A stretch of 64,000 nt of DNA from Candidatus Latescibacterota bacterium (GCA_965203805.1 OZ241917.1:2976001-3040000); one strand, 5' to 3'. Positions 50,146-60,778 are shown, counted from the first letter of the stretch. Notes: generated by a model not told the origin, from the letters alone. A program made the numbers and translations.

Positions 50146-51303
50146 ATGAAGCGAGTTGCACTGCTTGGATCCACGGGATCGATCGGCACCAGTACGCTGG
50201 ACGTTCTGGCTGGCCTGCCGGACATGTTCGAAGTGGCATGCCTCAGCGCGGGGCGCAATATTGATCTGCTCTGCGCACAGGTGCGGCGTTTCCGGCCGAA
50301 GCGGGTCTGCGTGGCGGACGAGAACGCGACAGACGCCGGCAGAAGGACTGAATTGCAGGGCGTTGAGGTGTTGCATGGTTCTGACGGACTCATCGCATTG
50401 GCAACGGACCCCAGCGTGGGTCTGGTAATCAACGGGCTGGTTGCCGGCGTCGGATTGCGGCCGACGCTGGCGGCGGTCGAGGCGGGCAAGGACGTCGCCA
50501 TCGCGAATAAGGAATCGCTGGTTGTGGCGGGGCACCTGATCACGGAACTCGCGGCGCGCAACGGCGTGCGGTTGATTCCGTTGGATAGTGAACTGACACC
50601 CCTTTGGCAGAGCCTGCAGGAAGTCCCTCGGCAGCAGGTGGCACGCATCGTACTTTCCGCCTCCGGAGGACCGTTTTTCGAGATGTCACTGGACGAGATG
50701 GGCCGCGCGACGCCCGACGACGCCCTGCGTCATCCTACGTGGCGAATGGGTCCGAAAATCACGATCGATTCCGCGACGTTGATGAACAAAGGTTTCGAGG
50801 TCATTGAGTCCCGATGGTTTCTCGGACTCGACATCGAACAGATCGACGTGGTGATCCACCGGCAGTCGATCGTGCATTGCCTGGTGGAATTCCTGGACGG
50901 AAGCCTGACCGCGCACCTGAGCCGGCCCGACATGCGGCTCCCGATTCAGCAGGCGCTGACCCATCCGGACCGGCTTCCGACAGCCGTGCCGTCGCTGGAC
51001 CTGGTGTCCACGGGTTCCCTGAGCTTTCATGCGCCGGATTTGGAGCGGTTTCCATGCCTTGCGATTGCGTATGAAGTGGGACGCGCGGGCGGTACGGCGG
51101 CGGCGGTCCTGAACGCGGCCAACGAGATTGGTGTGTATTCCTTTCTGGCAGGGCGAATCGGATTTCTGGATGTGCCGGACGTCGTTCGCCGGACCCTGGA
51201 TGCGCATGTCAACGCATCCGGCACGAAACTCGATGCGGTGTTGGAAGCGGACCGCTGGGGGCGGGAAAAGGCAAGCGAGGTCGTCGCTCGACTGGCGAAA
51301 TAA
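50146..51303 (+). CDS. dxr: 1-deoxy-D-xylulose 5-phosphate reductoisomerase
   Basis: 'LGSTGSIG', 'ANKE', 'ASGGPF', 'HPTW.MG.KITIDSATLMNKG.EVIE'. Confidence 0.96.
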   Translation: MKRVALLGSTGSIGTSTLDVLAGLPDMFEVACLSAGRNIDLLCAQVRRFRPKRVCVADENATDAGRRTELQGVEVLHGSDGLIALATDPSVGLVINGLVAGVGLRPTLAAVEAGKDVAIANKESLVVAGHLITELAARNGVRLIPLDSELTPLWQSLQEVPRQQVARIVLSASGGPFFEMSLDEMGRATPDDALRHPTWRMGPKITIDSATLMNKGFEVIESRWFLGLDIEQIDVVIHRQSIVHCLVEFLDGSLTAHLSRPDMRLPIQQALTHPDRLPTAVPSLDLVSTGSLSFHAPDLERFPCLAIAYEVGRAGGTAAAVLNAANEIGVYSFLAGRIGFLDVPDVVRRTLDAHVNASGTKLDAVLEADRWGREKASEVVARLAK

Positions 51304-51402
51304 CCCCGAATTCTCCTCGCCGGGACCGGAGCGCCGTTGGCGGTAATCCCTCCGGCTCCGCTGGCCCGGGTCAAGGAGAATTCCCAACAGGAGTTCAGCG
51401 CT

Positions 51403-52710
51403 TTGGAATTTCTGGAAACCATATTCTACTTCATTCTCGTACTCGGCGTACTGGTTTTCGTACACGAATTCGGACACTTCGCGGTCGCCAAGAGATCCGG
51501 TATTCGCGTGGAACAGTTCTCGCTGGGTTTTCCGCCCAAGGCGTTCGGGATTACGGTTGGCGAGACCGAGTACTGCATTTCCTGGCTGCCCCTGGGCGGG
51601 TACGTGAAAGTCGCGGGAATGTCGGACTTTGGAAGCGCGGAGGTCCGGCGGGAGCCATGGGAATTTCAGTCGAAACCCAGGGGAATCCAGATGGCGGTGA
51701 TGATCGCCGGGCCCATCATGAATTTCCTGCTGGGATTCCTGATCATTCTGGGGCTCCGTCTTTCGCTGGGGGACTATGTTCTGCAGACGACGAAGGTTGG
51801 CAGGATCGAGGCGGCGTCTCCGTTTTATGAAGCGGGTCTGCGCTCGAACGACCGCATCCTCTCAGTGAACGGGACACCCGTGGTAGACTGGGGTGGGCTG
51901 ATGGATGCATACAACGCGAGTGGCGCCGGCGAGGTTGCCCTGGAAGTGGCTCGCGACGAGGACGTGGTGTTCCTTGTGGCCACAACCGATAAAGGGCAGG
52001 AGCCGGGGTTCGATCCCTTCCTGCCCCCCGTTGCCGGCTCGGTGATGCCGGGGTACCCCGCCGACAAAGGTGGGATGGCGCCCGGTGACCGCGTGCTGTC
52101 GATCGCCGGCGAATCCGTGAGCGGATGGGACGAGATGAGGCGGAAGATCTCCGCAAGGCCGGGGCAGGAGACCGAGATCCGTTGGTTACGAGACGATGTC
52201 GAGATCGCGGCTCGCGTCGTGCCTCAGCCACAACGGGGCGAGGGGCGAACCATTGGCGTGATTGGCATCGGGCCGTCCTTCGAGCCCAGCGCGAGGGTGC
52301 CGGTGACCCTTACCGCCGCTATTGAGCGTAGCGGAAGGGATCTGGTGGGATATACCACGCTTATCTTCACGTTGATCAAGCGTCTGGTCATGGGTGAGGT
52401 ATCGGGAGGGATGATCGCGGGACCGGTAGGCATTGCCCAGATGGCGGGGAGCAAGGCCAGGCAAGGTTGGGAAGCGCTACTCGATTTTATGGCAATGCTG
52501 AGCATTAACCTCGCCGTCCTGAACCTGTTGCCGATACCCGCGCTGGACGGGGGCCACCTGATGATCCTGAGCGTGGAAGCCATTTCGCGGCGCTCGCTTT
52601 CCGCACGGCAGAAGGAGCGCATCCAGCAGATCGGTTTCGTGTTCCTGCTGGGACTCATGGTATACGTCACCTTTGGCGACATCGGCCGGATCTGGGGGTT
52701 GTTCTACTGA
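51403..52710 (+). CDS. rseP: RIP metalloprotease RseP
   Basis: 'HEFGH', 'PLGGYV', 'AGP..N', two PDZ domains, 'NLLPIPALDGG'; TTG start after AGGAG. Confidence 0.95.
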   Translation: MEFLETIFYFILVLGVLVFVHEFGHFAVAKRSGIRVEQFSLGFPPKAFGITVGETEYCISWLPLGGYVKVAGMSDFGSAEVRREPWEFQSKPRGIQMAVMIAGPIMNFLLGFLIILGLRLSLGDYVLQTTKVGRIEAASPFYEAGLRSNDRILSVNGTPVVDWGGLMDAYNASGAGEVALEVARDEDVVFLVATTDKGQEPGFDPFLPPVAGSVMPGYPADKGGMAPGDRVLSIAGESVSGWDEMRRKISARPGQETEIRWLRDDVEIAARVVPQPQRGEGRTIGVIGIGPSFEPSARVPVTLTAAIERSGRDLVGYTTLIFTLIKRLVMGEVSGGMIAGPVGIAQMAGSKARQGWEALLDFMAMLSINLAVLNLLPIPALDGGHLMILSVEAISRRSLSARQKERIQQIGFVFLLGLMVYVTFGDIGRIWGLFY

Positions 52711-52742
52711 TCGGGATGAAGCTGTTTCAACATTGACGAAAG

Positions 52743-52780
52743 AATGAAGCCGGGTTCGAAAACCCGGCTTCATTTTTATT
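52743..52780. terminator. Intrinsic terminator between convergent genes
   Basis: AATGAAGCCGGGTT-CGAA-AACCCGGCTTCATT 14-bp stem followed by a T-rich tract. Confidence 0.85.
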
Positions 52781-53156
52781 TGTTCACGCCTCGCCTGCCC
52801 GACGCTTTTCTCTTGCCTGGCTTTTTCCAGTGTCTCTTCCCCGATTTTTTCCACCGTACGAAAACGCTGTCGGCTTTCAGCGATTCCAACACAGTACCGG
52901 CCAGTAGCGCCAACGCTTCGGGGTCCCTCTTCCAGGCGGCAGTCAGGCGTTTCAGGTCATTCTCGGTGAATCGGACTCCCTGAAGCACGCCCTTTCGCAT
53001 GATGGCCAGGCTGTCGGGCTGTTCCGCGTACCGATGATGCAGATGGACAACCTCCACGACAACGCTTGCCAGTTGTCGTTCGTCGAGTTCGGATCCATTC
53101 CGGGACGTGCACGCCAGCAGGCCGGAGAGCAGGAGCATGAAGTGTGCCGGTTTCAT
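52776..53156 (-). CDS. Hypothetical lipoprotein
   Basis: 'MKPAHFMLLLSGLLAC' lipobox-type signal. Confidence 0.55.
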   Translation of the reverse strand: MKPAHFMLLLSGLLACTSRNGSELDERQLASVVVEVVHLHHRYAEQPDSLAIMRKGVLQGVRFTENDLKRLTAAWKRDPEALALLAGTVLESLKADSVFVRWKKSGKRHWKKPGKRKASGRRGVNK

Positions 53157-53464
53157 TGTGGAAAAGATACCGGGACGCTGCGGAAGGGTCAAGGCCAATC
53201 AGCCAGCAACATCATGGCGTGAAAGAAGACGGAAGGCAAGGAATCCGCGCCTGTCCACGAGCGCTGCCGCAACGCCGCGACTCGTTGCCGTAAGTGTCGG
53301 ACCGGTGCAGGAAGCGCCCTTCCACAATATCTGGTATCCGTTTTCGTCTGTACTTCTCCATGCCCACTACATTTACCTCTCAGGAGTCGTATCGACGCAA
53401 TGCGCGAATGTGGTCACGGGCTTGTTTTTTTTAGAGATAAGCGGAAAAATCGGCTAGAAATCCC

Positions 53465-53493
53465 TTGACTTTTAGATGTCCAGGCCCTAATTT
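53465..53493 (+). promoter_or_regulatory. dcw cluster promoter
   Basis: TTGACT-N17-TAATTT directly before the MraZ repeats. Confidence 0.6.
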
Positions 53494-53495
53494 TG

Positions 53496-53521
53496 GTGGT
53501 GGAAAGTGGTGGAAAGTGGTG
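53496..53521 (+). promoter_or_regulatory. MraZ operator (three GTGG boxes at 10-bp period)
   Basis: GTGGTGGAAA GTGGTGGAAA GTGGTG upstream of mraZ, matching the known GTGG-N6 repeat architecture. Confidence 0.85.
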
Positions 53522-53694
53522 TATTAGGGAAGATTTGACAGACCGCGAGAATTTCGCTCGAGCAGAACGAGCCCCGGCACGGTAGCCGGGGCTTTTCTCC
53601 CAATCCGGTTCCTGGCCGGAGCGAATTCGAATCGCCTTTGTCGCCACCGCGGATCCTGGCGCCACAGGGCCTCTCAATACTCCGAGTGACGCAC

Positions 53695-54150
53695 ATGCCA
53701 GACGAAATGCCGCTGTTCATCGGAGAATATGAGGAACTTCCCGTCGACAACAAGGGCCGGCTGATTGTCCCCGCCGCCATTCGCCGGGTTTTGCCTACGC
53801 ATGTCACTTCGCTTGTCATCGCAAGGTGGTTTGACGGCTGCCTGGCCGGATTCGATCCTCTAGGTTGGCAGCAGGTCCTGCAGCAGATCAGGGACGGGAG
53901 CCATAAGGGCAGGGTGAAGCGGCAGATCGCACGCTGGGTTATGGGGGGAGCGGCGGAGACCAGAATCGACCGGCAGGGTCGTCTGCTGGTTCCGCGAAAG
54001 CTGCTCGATACGGCGGAAATCGCGGATCGTGCGACGCTCAGTGGCGTGGGCACCAGGATAGAAATATGGAATCCGGCGCGATACAGCGACGATATGAGTG
54101 ATGTCGGCCAGAACCTGGAAGAATTCGCGGAAGACCTCGACATTCTCTGA
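53695..54150 (+). CDS. mraZ: Transcriptional regulator MraZ
   Basis: 'F.GEY...VDNKGRL.VP', 'IDRQGRL', 'RIEIW'; start 53695 or 53707. Confidence 0.95.
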   Translation: MPDEMPLFIGEYEELPVDNKGRLIVPAAIRRVLPTHVTSLVIARWFDGCLAGFDPLGWQQVLQQIRDGSHKGRVKRQIARWVMGGAAETRIDRQGRLLVPRKLLDTAEIADRATLSGVGTRIEIWNPARYSDDMSDVGQNLEEFAEDLDIL

Positions 54151-55090
54151 TTCAGGGCTCAGGGCCGCGGAATTTCACACGCCGGTTATGGGGCCGGAAA
54201 CGGCCGGCCGGGTGGTTAACGACCCGAACGGAATTTACGTCGACGGGACAGTGGGCGGCGGCGGCCACGCCGAGCATATGCTGGCGCGGATGGGACAGGG
54301 GGGACGACTGATCGGGTTGGACCGGGATCCAGAGGCGATCGCGGCCGCCTCCAGTCGACTGCGCAGATTTTCCGAGCAGGTGGAATTCGTCCGGACACCT
54401 TTCAGCGAACTGCCGCGGGTTTTGGACGATCTCGGCGTGAAGCGGATTTCGGGGGCGCTTTTCGACCTCGGGGTTTCTTCGCACCAGATAGACGCGCCCT
54501 CCCGCGGCTTCAGTTATCTTCGAAACGGACCCCTGGATATGCGGATGGGGCCCGATGCCTTTCGATCCGCGCGGGAGGTCGTGAATACCTATCCCCTCAA
54601 AGAATTGACTCGGATATTCAGGGAATTCGGCGAGGAACGCGCGGCCGGTCGGATTGCGCGGGCAATATGCCGTCGGCGGATCCGGAAACCGGTTGAAGAA
54701 ACATTGGAATTGGCCGCACTCATTGCTGAAACCGCGCGTGGACCCCAGACCAGAAAAGCGATGGCCAGGATCTTCCAGTCAATACGCATGGAGGTCAACG
54801 GCGAGATGGAGCAGCTTCGGGAGACCCTCGATTCGACCATCGGGAGGCTGGTGCGGGGCGGAAGGATGGGCGTTCTGTCCTATCACTCGCTTGAAGACCG
54901 CGCGGTGAAGACGGCGTTTCGTTCGGCAACCCGGGGTTGCGTTTGCCCGCCGAATCTTCCGGTCTGCGGATGCGGACGAGTCCCGCAGATACATGTCCTG
55001 GTTCCTGGCGGCATTCGGCCGGAACCGGATGAGCAACGGCGAAACCCGAGGTCCAGGAGCGCAACGCTGCGGGTCGCCGAGAGACTGTGA
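54098..55090 (+). CDS. rsmH: 16S rRNA m4C1402 methyltransferase
   Basis: 'HTPV', 'VDGTVGGGGH', 'DLGVSSHQID', 'PLDMRM', 'SYHSLEDR', 'NPRSRSA.LR'; start uncertain. Confidence 0.95.
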   Translation: MMSARTWKNSRKTSTFSDSGLRAAEFHTPVMGPETAGRVVNDPNGIYVDGTVGGGGHAEHMLARMGQGGRLIGLDRDPEAIAAASSRLRRFSEQVEFVRTPFSELPRVLDDLGVKRISGALFDLGVSSHQIDAPSRGFSYLRNGPLDMRMGPDAFRSAREVVNTYPLKELTRIFREFGEERAAGRIARAICRRRIRKPVEETLELAALIAETARGPQTRKAMARIFQSIRMEVNGEMEQLRETLDSTIGRLVRGGRMGVLSYHSLEDRAVKTAFRSATRGCVCPPNLPVCGCGRVPQIHVLVPGGIRPEPDEQRRNPRSRSATLRVAERL

Positions 55091-55121
55091 AGCCGGGCGT
55101 TCGGAGCAAAAGAAGCCGTGT

Positions 55122-55454
55122 ATGAACACCAATACCGAAGTGAAGACAACGGGGGGGTATCGATACGTCCTCCTCGCCGTGGTGATGGTGGTTGCCGGCC
55201 TTCTGGGTTACCTGTGGGCACAGGCACAGACCGTGAGGCAGGGCGACGAGATCGCACGGCTTCGAACCGAGCATCAGCAGCTGCTTCGTCATCAGGAGCG
55301 TCTCCGGGCAGAAGTCTCGGGACTCCGAAGAAGCAGCCGAATCCGGAAAATCGCTACGGTCAAACTCGGGATGGTGTTTCCACAGGGTCCGCCTCAAAAC
55401 CTGTACCTGGACGGAGAACCCGGGCAGCCGGGCGCTTTCCGGCCACAACAATGA
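55122..55454 (+). CDS. ftsL: Cell division protein FtsL
   Basis: TM helix plus coiled coil, 'RIRKIA...LGM'; between rsmH and ftsI. Confidence 0.8.
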   Translation: MNTNTEVKTTGGYRYVLLAVVMVVAGLLGYLWAQAQTVRQGDEIARLRTEHQQLLRHQERLRAEVSGLRRSSRIRKIATVKLGMVFPQGPPQNLYLDGEPGQPGAFRPQQ

Positions 55455-55457
55455 ACC

Positions 55458-57554
55458 ATGCGGATTGAAGTGCGCCATATTCGCCGGCTGAGAGCGACCT
55501 GCCTGCTGGGCGGTATCTTCGTACTGGTCCTGGTCTACAGATTGACCGCGCTTCAGGTCTGGACGGGCGACTTCTACAGCGCGCGGGCAAAGATGCAGCA
55601 CGAAAAGCCGACCGTGTTGCAGGCCAGCCGCGGTCGAATTCTGGACCGGCAGGGCCGGGTGCTCGCAACAAACCTCGAAGCCCAATCGTTCTTTGTCAAC
55701 AGAGTAGCCGAACTGGACAGCCTCCGATCCATCGCGGTGCGATTTTCCGGAAGCGATGGCGAGCAGAACGCCGCGCTCCTGCGACGGCTGGAGAATAGGC
55801 AATTTGTCTGGCTGGCTCGAAAGGTCTTCAGCGACCCGCGACAGGATCCGTTGCCGAAGGGTGTGGGCCGGATTGTCGAGATGAAGCGAAGCTATCCGAT
55901 GGATGAGCTTGCGGGACAGATTCTGGGGTACACCGACATCGACAACCTGGGAATCGAGGGCGTCGAACTGGCTTGCAACTCGCTTCTGCAGGGCAAACCC
56001 GGAGATATGACGTCCAGACGGGACGCGCGCGGCGAGGCGCTGGGCGCGCTTGGTGTCGTACGGAGAATGCCCGAGGACGGCGAGGATGTCATGTTGACCC
56101 TGGACGTCGATTACCAGTCGATCGTGGAGGAGGAACTGGCCGCCGCCGTAACGGCATTCCGGGCGGTGCACGGAATGGCGATCGTCACTTCGCCGCGGAC
56201 AGGTGAAATCCTGGCGATGGCCAATGTGCCGCTGTACGATCCCAATCATTTCGGAAAATACGATGCGGGGGTCCGGCGCAACCGCGCGGTAACCGATCTT
56301 TTCGAGCCGGGATCGACGTTCAAGGCGTTCACTGTCGCGGGAGCGCTACAGGAAGGCCTCTGGCGCCGTGAAGATCGGATCTTCTGTGAGTTCGGCCGGA
56401 TGCAGATTCCCGGCGGTGTGATCCGGGACACCCATCCTTGCGGATGGTTGACGGTACAGCAGGTCGTGGAAGAATCCAGCAACATCGGTACTGTGAAAAT
56501 CGCCCGTAAACTCGAACAGGCAGGATTGTACGAATATGTCCGGCTGTTCGGATTCGGTACCAAGACTGCCGTGGATCTACCGGGTGAAGTACCCGGAAAC
56601 GTCAAGAAACCGACACGATGGTCGGGAAGAACGCTGGCATCGATGGCGATCGGACAGGAAATCGGCGTGACGGCGTTACAGATGGCGATGGCTTACGGCA
56701 CAATCGCAAACGGAGGTCGCCTGATGGCGCCGCAAATCTATCGCCGCCGTTCTCCGGACGGCGCATGGGTGTCCGAGCGACCCCATGTGCTGCGCGAGGT
56801 CGTTTCCGAGGAGACGGCAAGGAACGTCGCCGAAATCCTCGAAGGGGTAGTGCTGCGAGGCACCGGCGCAAACGCGGGGGTGCCCGGCTATCGCGTTGCC
56901 GGCAAAACGGGCACCGCGCAACGGGCAAAGGAAGGTGGGGGCGGTTATGATCCGCATCGGTACATTTCCTCATTTGTCGGATTTCTGCCGGTAGAGCGTG
57001 CCGAATTCGTGTGTATCGTGGTCGTTGACAGTCCGAAGGGAACGTACTGGGGCAGCAAGGTGGCGGCGCCCGTCTTCAGGCGGATCATGAAACGTATCCT
57101 GAGTTTGCGTGACACGGAAATGCGACATCGAGCCGTCGTTGAAGACCGCGAGAGGGAAGATGCGGAAACATCCGCACCGGTCCTGGCGGGACTGTCCACG
57201 AATGTAGCGAAACGGGTGATGGACCGGCACGGTTTCAATCCGACGCGGGTTAACGCGAGTGCGACATTGTCGGCAAAGGCGCAGGTCCCGTCGACTGAGA
57301 CCAGGGAATCCCGGCAGGCGACCGCTTCCGTGAATTCGGCGAAGTCCGATGAATCCGTAACCATGCCCGATGTTGTGGGGATTCCGCTGCGCCAGGCCGT
57401 GGTACAGTTGACGTCTTCGGGGTTGGTGGTAAGCGCCTCGGGCAGTGGAAGCGTCGTTTCGCAGACTCCCGGCGCCGGGATGCCGGTCGCCCGCGGCACG
57501 GTCTGCGATGTGGTGTGCAGCCCGCGAACAGCGCCAATTCCGAACGACATGTGA
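55458..57554 (+). CDS. ftsI: Penicillin-binding protein FtsI with C-terminal PASTA domain(s)
   Basis: 'RGRILDR', SxxK 'EPGSTFK', SxN 'SSN', 'KTGTAQ'. Confidence 0.93.
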   Translation: MRIEVRHIRRLRATCLLGGIFVLVLVYRLTALQVWTGDFYSARAKMQHEKPTVLQASRGRILDRQGRVLATNLEAQSFFVNRVAELDSLRSIAVRFSGSDGEQNAALLRRLENRQFVWLARKVFSDPRQDPLPKGVGRIVEMKRSYPMDELAGQILGYTDIDNLGIEGVELACNSLLQGKPGDMTSRRDARGEALGALGVVRRMPEDGEDVMLTLDVDYQSIVEEELAAAVTAFRAVHGMAIVTSPRTGEILAMANVPLYDPNHFGKYDAGVRRNRAVTDLFEPGSTFKAFTVAGALQEGLWRREDRIFCEFGRMQIPGGVIRDTHPCGWLTVQQVVEESSNIGTVKIARKLEQAGLYEYVRLFGFGTKTAVDLPGEVPGNVKKPTRWSGRTLASMAIGQEIGVTALQMAMAYGTIANGGRLMAPQIYRRRSPDGAWVSERPHVLREVVSEETARNVAEILEGVVLRGTGANAGVPGYRVAGKTGTAQRAKEGGGGYDPHRYISSFVGFLPVERAEFVCIVVVDSPKGTYWGSKVAAPVFRRIMKRILSLRDTEMRHRAVVEDREREDAETSAPVLAGLSTNVAKRVMDRHGFNPTRVNASATLSAKAQVPSTETRESRQATASVNSAKSDESVTMPDVVGIPLRQAVVQLTSSGLVVSASGSGSVVSQTPGAGMPVARGTVCDVVCSPRTAPIPNDM

Positions 57555-57567
57555 CAAAAGTCACGTT

Positions 57568-59013
57568 ATGCGGCTGGTCGACTTCATTTCCCGGGTGCCA
57601 GGGGCACAATGGCTTCACAGGGGCAATCCACGGGTTACCGGTCTGGCCACGGATTCGCGAAGGGTCCGACCGGGTGATCTTTTCGTCGCCATCAGGGGCG
57701 GACAGCTACGGGACCGGCATGCATTCGTGCCTCAGGCCGTGGCTGCGGGGGCCGTGGCGGTGGTGGTTGAAGAGCAGGTTGAGGCGGAGGTTGCAGTCGT
57801 CCGGGTGCCGTCAGCGCGGAAGGCGCTCGGAATGCTCGCCGAAGGTCTTTACGGATCGCCCTCGCGCAGGCTTCGGATGGTGGGGGTAACGGGAACCAAT
57901 GGAAAGACCACAACGGCAATGCTGATACAGGCGTCGCTGGACGCCTCCGCAGGGGCCTGCGGATTGCTGGGTACGGTGGAATACAGACTGGGCGGACGGC
58001 GGATACCGTCGCACATCGGAACGCCGGAAGCCCACGATCTGCAGCGGTTGCTGAAAGAGATGACGGACTACGGCTGCGAGGCGGCCGTGATGGAAGTGAC
58101 GTCGCACGGATTGGCGCTGGACCGTGTACACGGGATCGAATTCAATACGGCGGTCTTTACCAATTTTTCGCGGGACCATCTGGATTTTCACGGTTCGCTG
58201 GAATCCTATCTGGCCGCAAAAAAGCTGCTCTTTGACAACTTAATTCCGGATGCGCAGGCCGTTGTTAACGCGGACGACGAGGCGACCGAACACCTCTTGA
58301 GCGACTGCAACGCCGGGGTTGTGTCCTTCGGGCGTTCGCCGGGAGCGGATGTACGAATCGCGTCCGCAGATGCGGACGGCGGCGGCACACGGATGGAACT
58401 GGAAACGCATTGGGGAACCCTGCGTTTCGCGCTGGCGCTTCAGGGCCGTTTCCATCAGATGAACGCCGCGGCTGCAATCGCCGCCGGGCTGGCGATGGAC
58501 GTGGACGCGGAAACGATTGCCGCAGCCATTCAGGACGTACAGGTGCCCGGCCGATTCGAGAGCGTTCGGGAGGGTCAGGATTTCAGCGTGATTGTGGATT
58601 ATGCACATACACCCGATGCGCTTGGGAACGTATTGCGGGCGGCCCGCGAGTTTACGGAAGGTCGATTGATCTGCGTGTTTGGATGCGGCGGCGATCGTGA
58701 CCGCGGCAAGCGGCCGCAGATGGGACGTATTTCGGCCCGGATGTCCGATCTGACCATTGTGACGTCCGACAATCCCAGAACCGAAAGCCCGGAGTCGATC
58801 CTCAGAGATATCCTGACGGGTGTTGGACGCGCTGACTATCGGGTCGAAGTTGACCGGCGGAAGGCGATTTCACTGGCCGTTGAATGTGCTTCGGCCGGAG
58901 ACCTTGTCGTTATCGCCGGCAAGGGTCACGAGAATTATCAGGATATCGGCGGACAGAAGGTCCACTTCGACGACCGGCAGGTAGCCCGGGACCTCCTGAG
59001 GGGTCGCAACTAA
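57568..59013 (+). CDS. murE: UDP-MurNAc-tripeptide synthetase (meso-DAP type)
   Basis: 'GVTGTNGKTT', 'MEVTSHG', 'DHLDFH', 'VDYAHTPD', 'SDNPR', 'AGKGHE'. Confidence 0.96.
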   Translation: MRLVDFISRVPGAQWLHRGNPRVTGLATDSRRVRPGDLFVAIRGGQLRDRHAFVPQAVAAGAVAVVVEEQVEAEVAVVRVPSARKALGMLAEGLYGSPSRRLRMVGVTGTNGKTTTAMLIQASLDASAGACGLLGTVEYRLGGRRIPSHIGTPEAHDLQRLLKEMTDYGCEAAVMEVTSHGLALDRVHGIEFNTAVFTNFSRDHLDFHGSLESYLAAKKLLFDNLIPDAQAVVNADDEATEHLLSDCNAGVVSFGRSPGADVRIASADADGGGTRMELETHWGTLRFALALQGRFHQMNAAAAIAAGLAMDVDAETIAAAIQDVQVPGRFESVREGQDFSVIVDYAHTPDALGNVLRAAREFTEGRLICVFGCGGDRDRGKRPQMGRISARMSDLTIVTSDNPRTESPESILRDILTGVGRADYRVEVDRRKAISLAVECASAGDLVVIAGKGHENYQDIGGQKVHFDDRQVARDLLRGRN

Positions 59014-59078
59014 CCCTCGCCGGGGCGCCGGACGCCCGCGAGATCGAGACTGGCAGATCGTCACCCGGAACGCGGAAT

Positions 59079-60503
59079 ATGGAAGGAATGACTCTGGCGG
59101 AAGCGGCGGCGGTAATGGACGGGGCGTTGGTCGGCGCCATCGATCCGGCAATCTGTCCGACGGGCGGGTGCATCGATACGCGGGTGTTGAACGCGGGTGA
59201 GCTGTTCTTCGCGCTCGAGGGAGAACGCGAAGACGGAAACCGGGATGGGCATCGATTTGTGGACGACGCCCTGAACAAAGGGGCGGCGGCGGCTGTCGTA
59301 TCACGACAGTGGGCCGAAGACCGAAAGTCCCGAAGACGACCCGGAACGCTGATCGCAGTCGAAGCTCCGGGCCTCGCGCTGGGCGCTCTCGGCAGCGCAT
59401 ACCGCCGGCGGTTTCGGATTCCGGTGGTGGGCATTACCGGAAGCAGTGGGAAGACAACGACCAAGGATATGGCGGCCGCCGTGCTGCGCACTCGGTACAG
59501 GGTGCTGTCCACGGAAGGCAACCTGAACAACTGGCTTGGGGTCCCACTGACTATACTGCGGCTTTCAGACGACGACGAAGCCGCGGTCATTGAACTGGGC
59601 ATCAGTGAACACGGCGGTTTGAAATACCTGTGCCAGATTGCGGATCCGACGATCGGCGTAATTACCAATATCGGACCTGCGCACCTTGAGTTTTTAGGCT
59701 CTGTGGAGGGGGTGGCCAAAGCCAAAGGGGAACTCCTGGATCATCTTGAAGAGTCTTCAATGGCTATCTTGAATCTCGATAATCTGTACGTGTCCAAGGA
59801 GCGAGCAAGACTAAAGGGGAGACTCCTGGGCTTTGGTATCGAGAAGATATGTCAGTTTCGTGGGGAGGGACTTGTCATAGACCAGGAGGGCTGCGGTCAA
59901 TTCTCTCTGCAGGGCCGTTTTTTTCATCTGGCTGTACCAGGCCGGCATCAGGTTTATAACGCACTGGCCGCGGTGGCGGTGGGTGCGGCACTGGATGTGC
60001 CTGTTGAACACGCCGCAAGAGCGCTTGGTGAATTTCGCCCTTCGAAGCTGCGGGGCCAGGTGGTCGAACGGAATGGAATCCGGCTGTTGAACGACTCGTA
60101 CAACGCCAACCCCGCCTCGATGCGGGCGGCTCTGGAAACACTGGCGCAGATGTCCGTCACGGGCGACGGACGGCGGGTGGCTGTGCTGGGCGACATGCTT
60201 GAACTGGGCACGTCCGCCGTCCAAAGTCACCGGCGCCTGGGTCTGCTTGCGGCCGGACTCGAGATCGACGCCGTATTCGCGTTCGGTGAACTGTCGGCGT
60301 ACGTGTCTGATGGCGGCGTATCGGGCGGTCTTTCACCGAAGCGGTCACAGGCATTCAAAGATCGTGATACCCTGGTGGCAAGGCTCAGGGCTTTTCTCAA
60401 ACCGGGCGATCTGGTTCTGATGAAGGGGTCTCGCGGACTGGCTATGGAGACAACGGCCGAAGCGCTGGGGTTTGAGACGAATCCATCGGATATGGCCGAC
60501 TGA
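59079..60503 (+). CDS. murF: UDP-MurNAc-pentapeptide synthetase
   Basis: 'GITGSSGKTTTK', 'NLNN..GVP', 'DSYNANP.SM', 'LGDMLELG', 'KGSRG'. Confidence 0.96.
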   Translation: MEGMTLAEAAAVMDGALVGAIDPAICPTGGCIDTRVLNAGELFFALEGEREDGNRDGHRFVDDALNKGAAAAVVSRQWAEDRKSRRRPGTLIAVEAPGLALGALGSAYRRRFRIPVVGITGSSGKTTTKDMAAAVLRTRYRVLSTEGNLNNWLGVPLTILRLSDDDEAAVIELGISEHGGLKYLCQIADPTIGVITNIGPAHLEFLGSVEGVAKAKGELLDHLEESSMAILNLDNLYVSKERARLKGRLLGFGIEKICQFRGEGLVIDQEGCGQFSLQGRFFHLAVPGRHQVYNALAAVAVGAALDVPVEHAARALGEFRPSKLRGQVVERNGIRLLNDSYNANPASMRAALETLAQMSVTGDGRRVAVLGDMLELGTSAVQSHRRLGLLAAGLEIDAVFAFGELSAYVSDGGVSGGLSPKRSQAFKDRDTLVARLRAFLKPGDLVLMKGSRGLAMETTAEALGFETNPSDMAD

Positions 60504-60618
60504 CGATGATTCGATCCAGTCCCTCGGACGTCTGCAGCCTCTGACATTTCGCCCTTAATTCACAATCCCGTTCCTTGATCCCATGCCGGTCTCCGCTTCG
60601 GGCTCTCTTTTCCGATAG

Positions 60619-60778
60619 CAGTCCGTTGAAAAAGTCGCTCTGCAGGCGAGGCCGAGCCATTGTGGCCGAAGACAAGGCGCGCGACCGACGCGAATCCCTG
60701 GATTCGGGGAGGGAGAGCAACGCCGTATTTCGGTCACAAGGGCCGGACGTAGCCCGGATGGACTTTTTCAACGGGCTG
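60619..60778. mobile_element. MITE, 160 bp, non-autonomous
   Basis: 18-bp terminal inverted repeats CAG(T/C)CCGTTGAAAAAGTC (1 mismatch), ATAG direct repeats on both flanks (60615-60618, 60779-60782), nested internal palindromes, no transposase. Confidence 0.85.

Noticed and set aside
53496-53521. 10-bp tandem repeat as a novel element
   Set aside because: Matches the known MraZ operator
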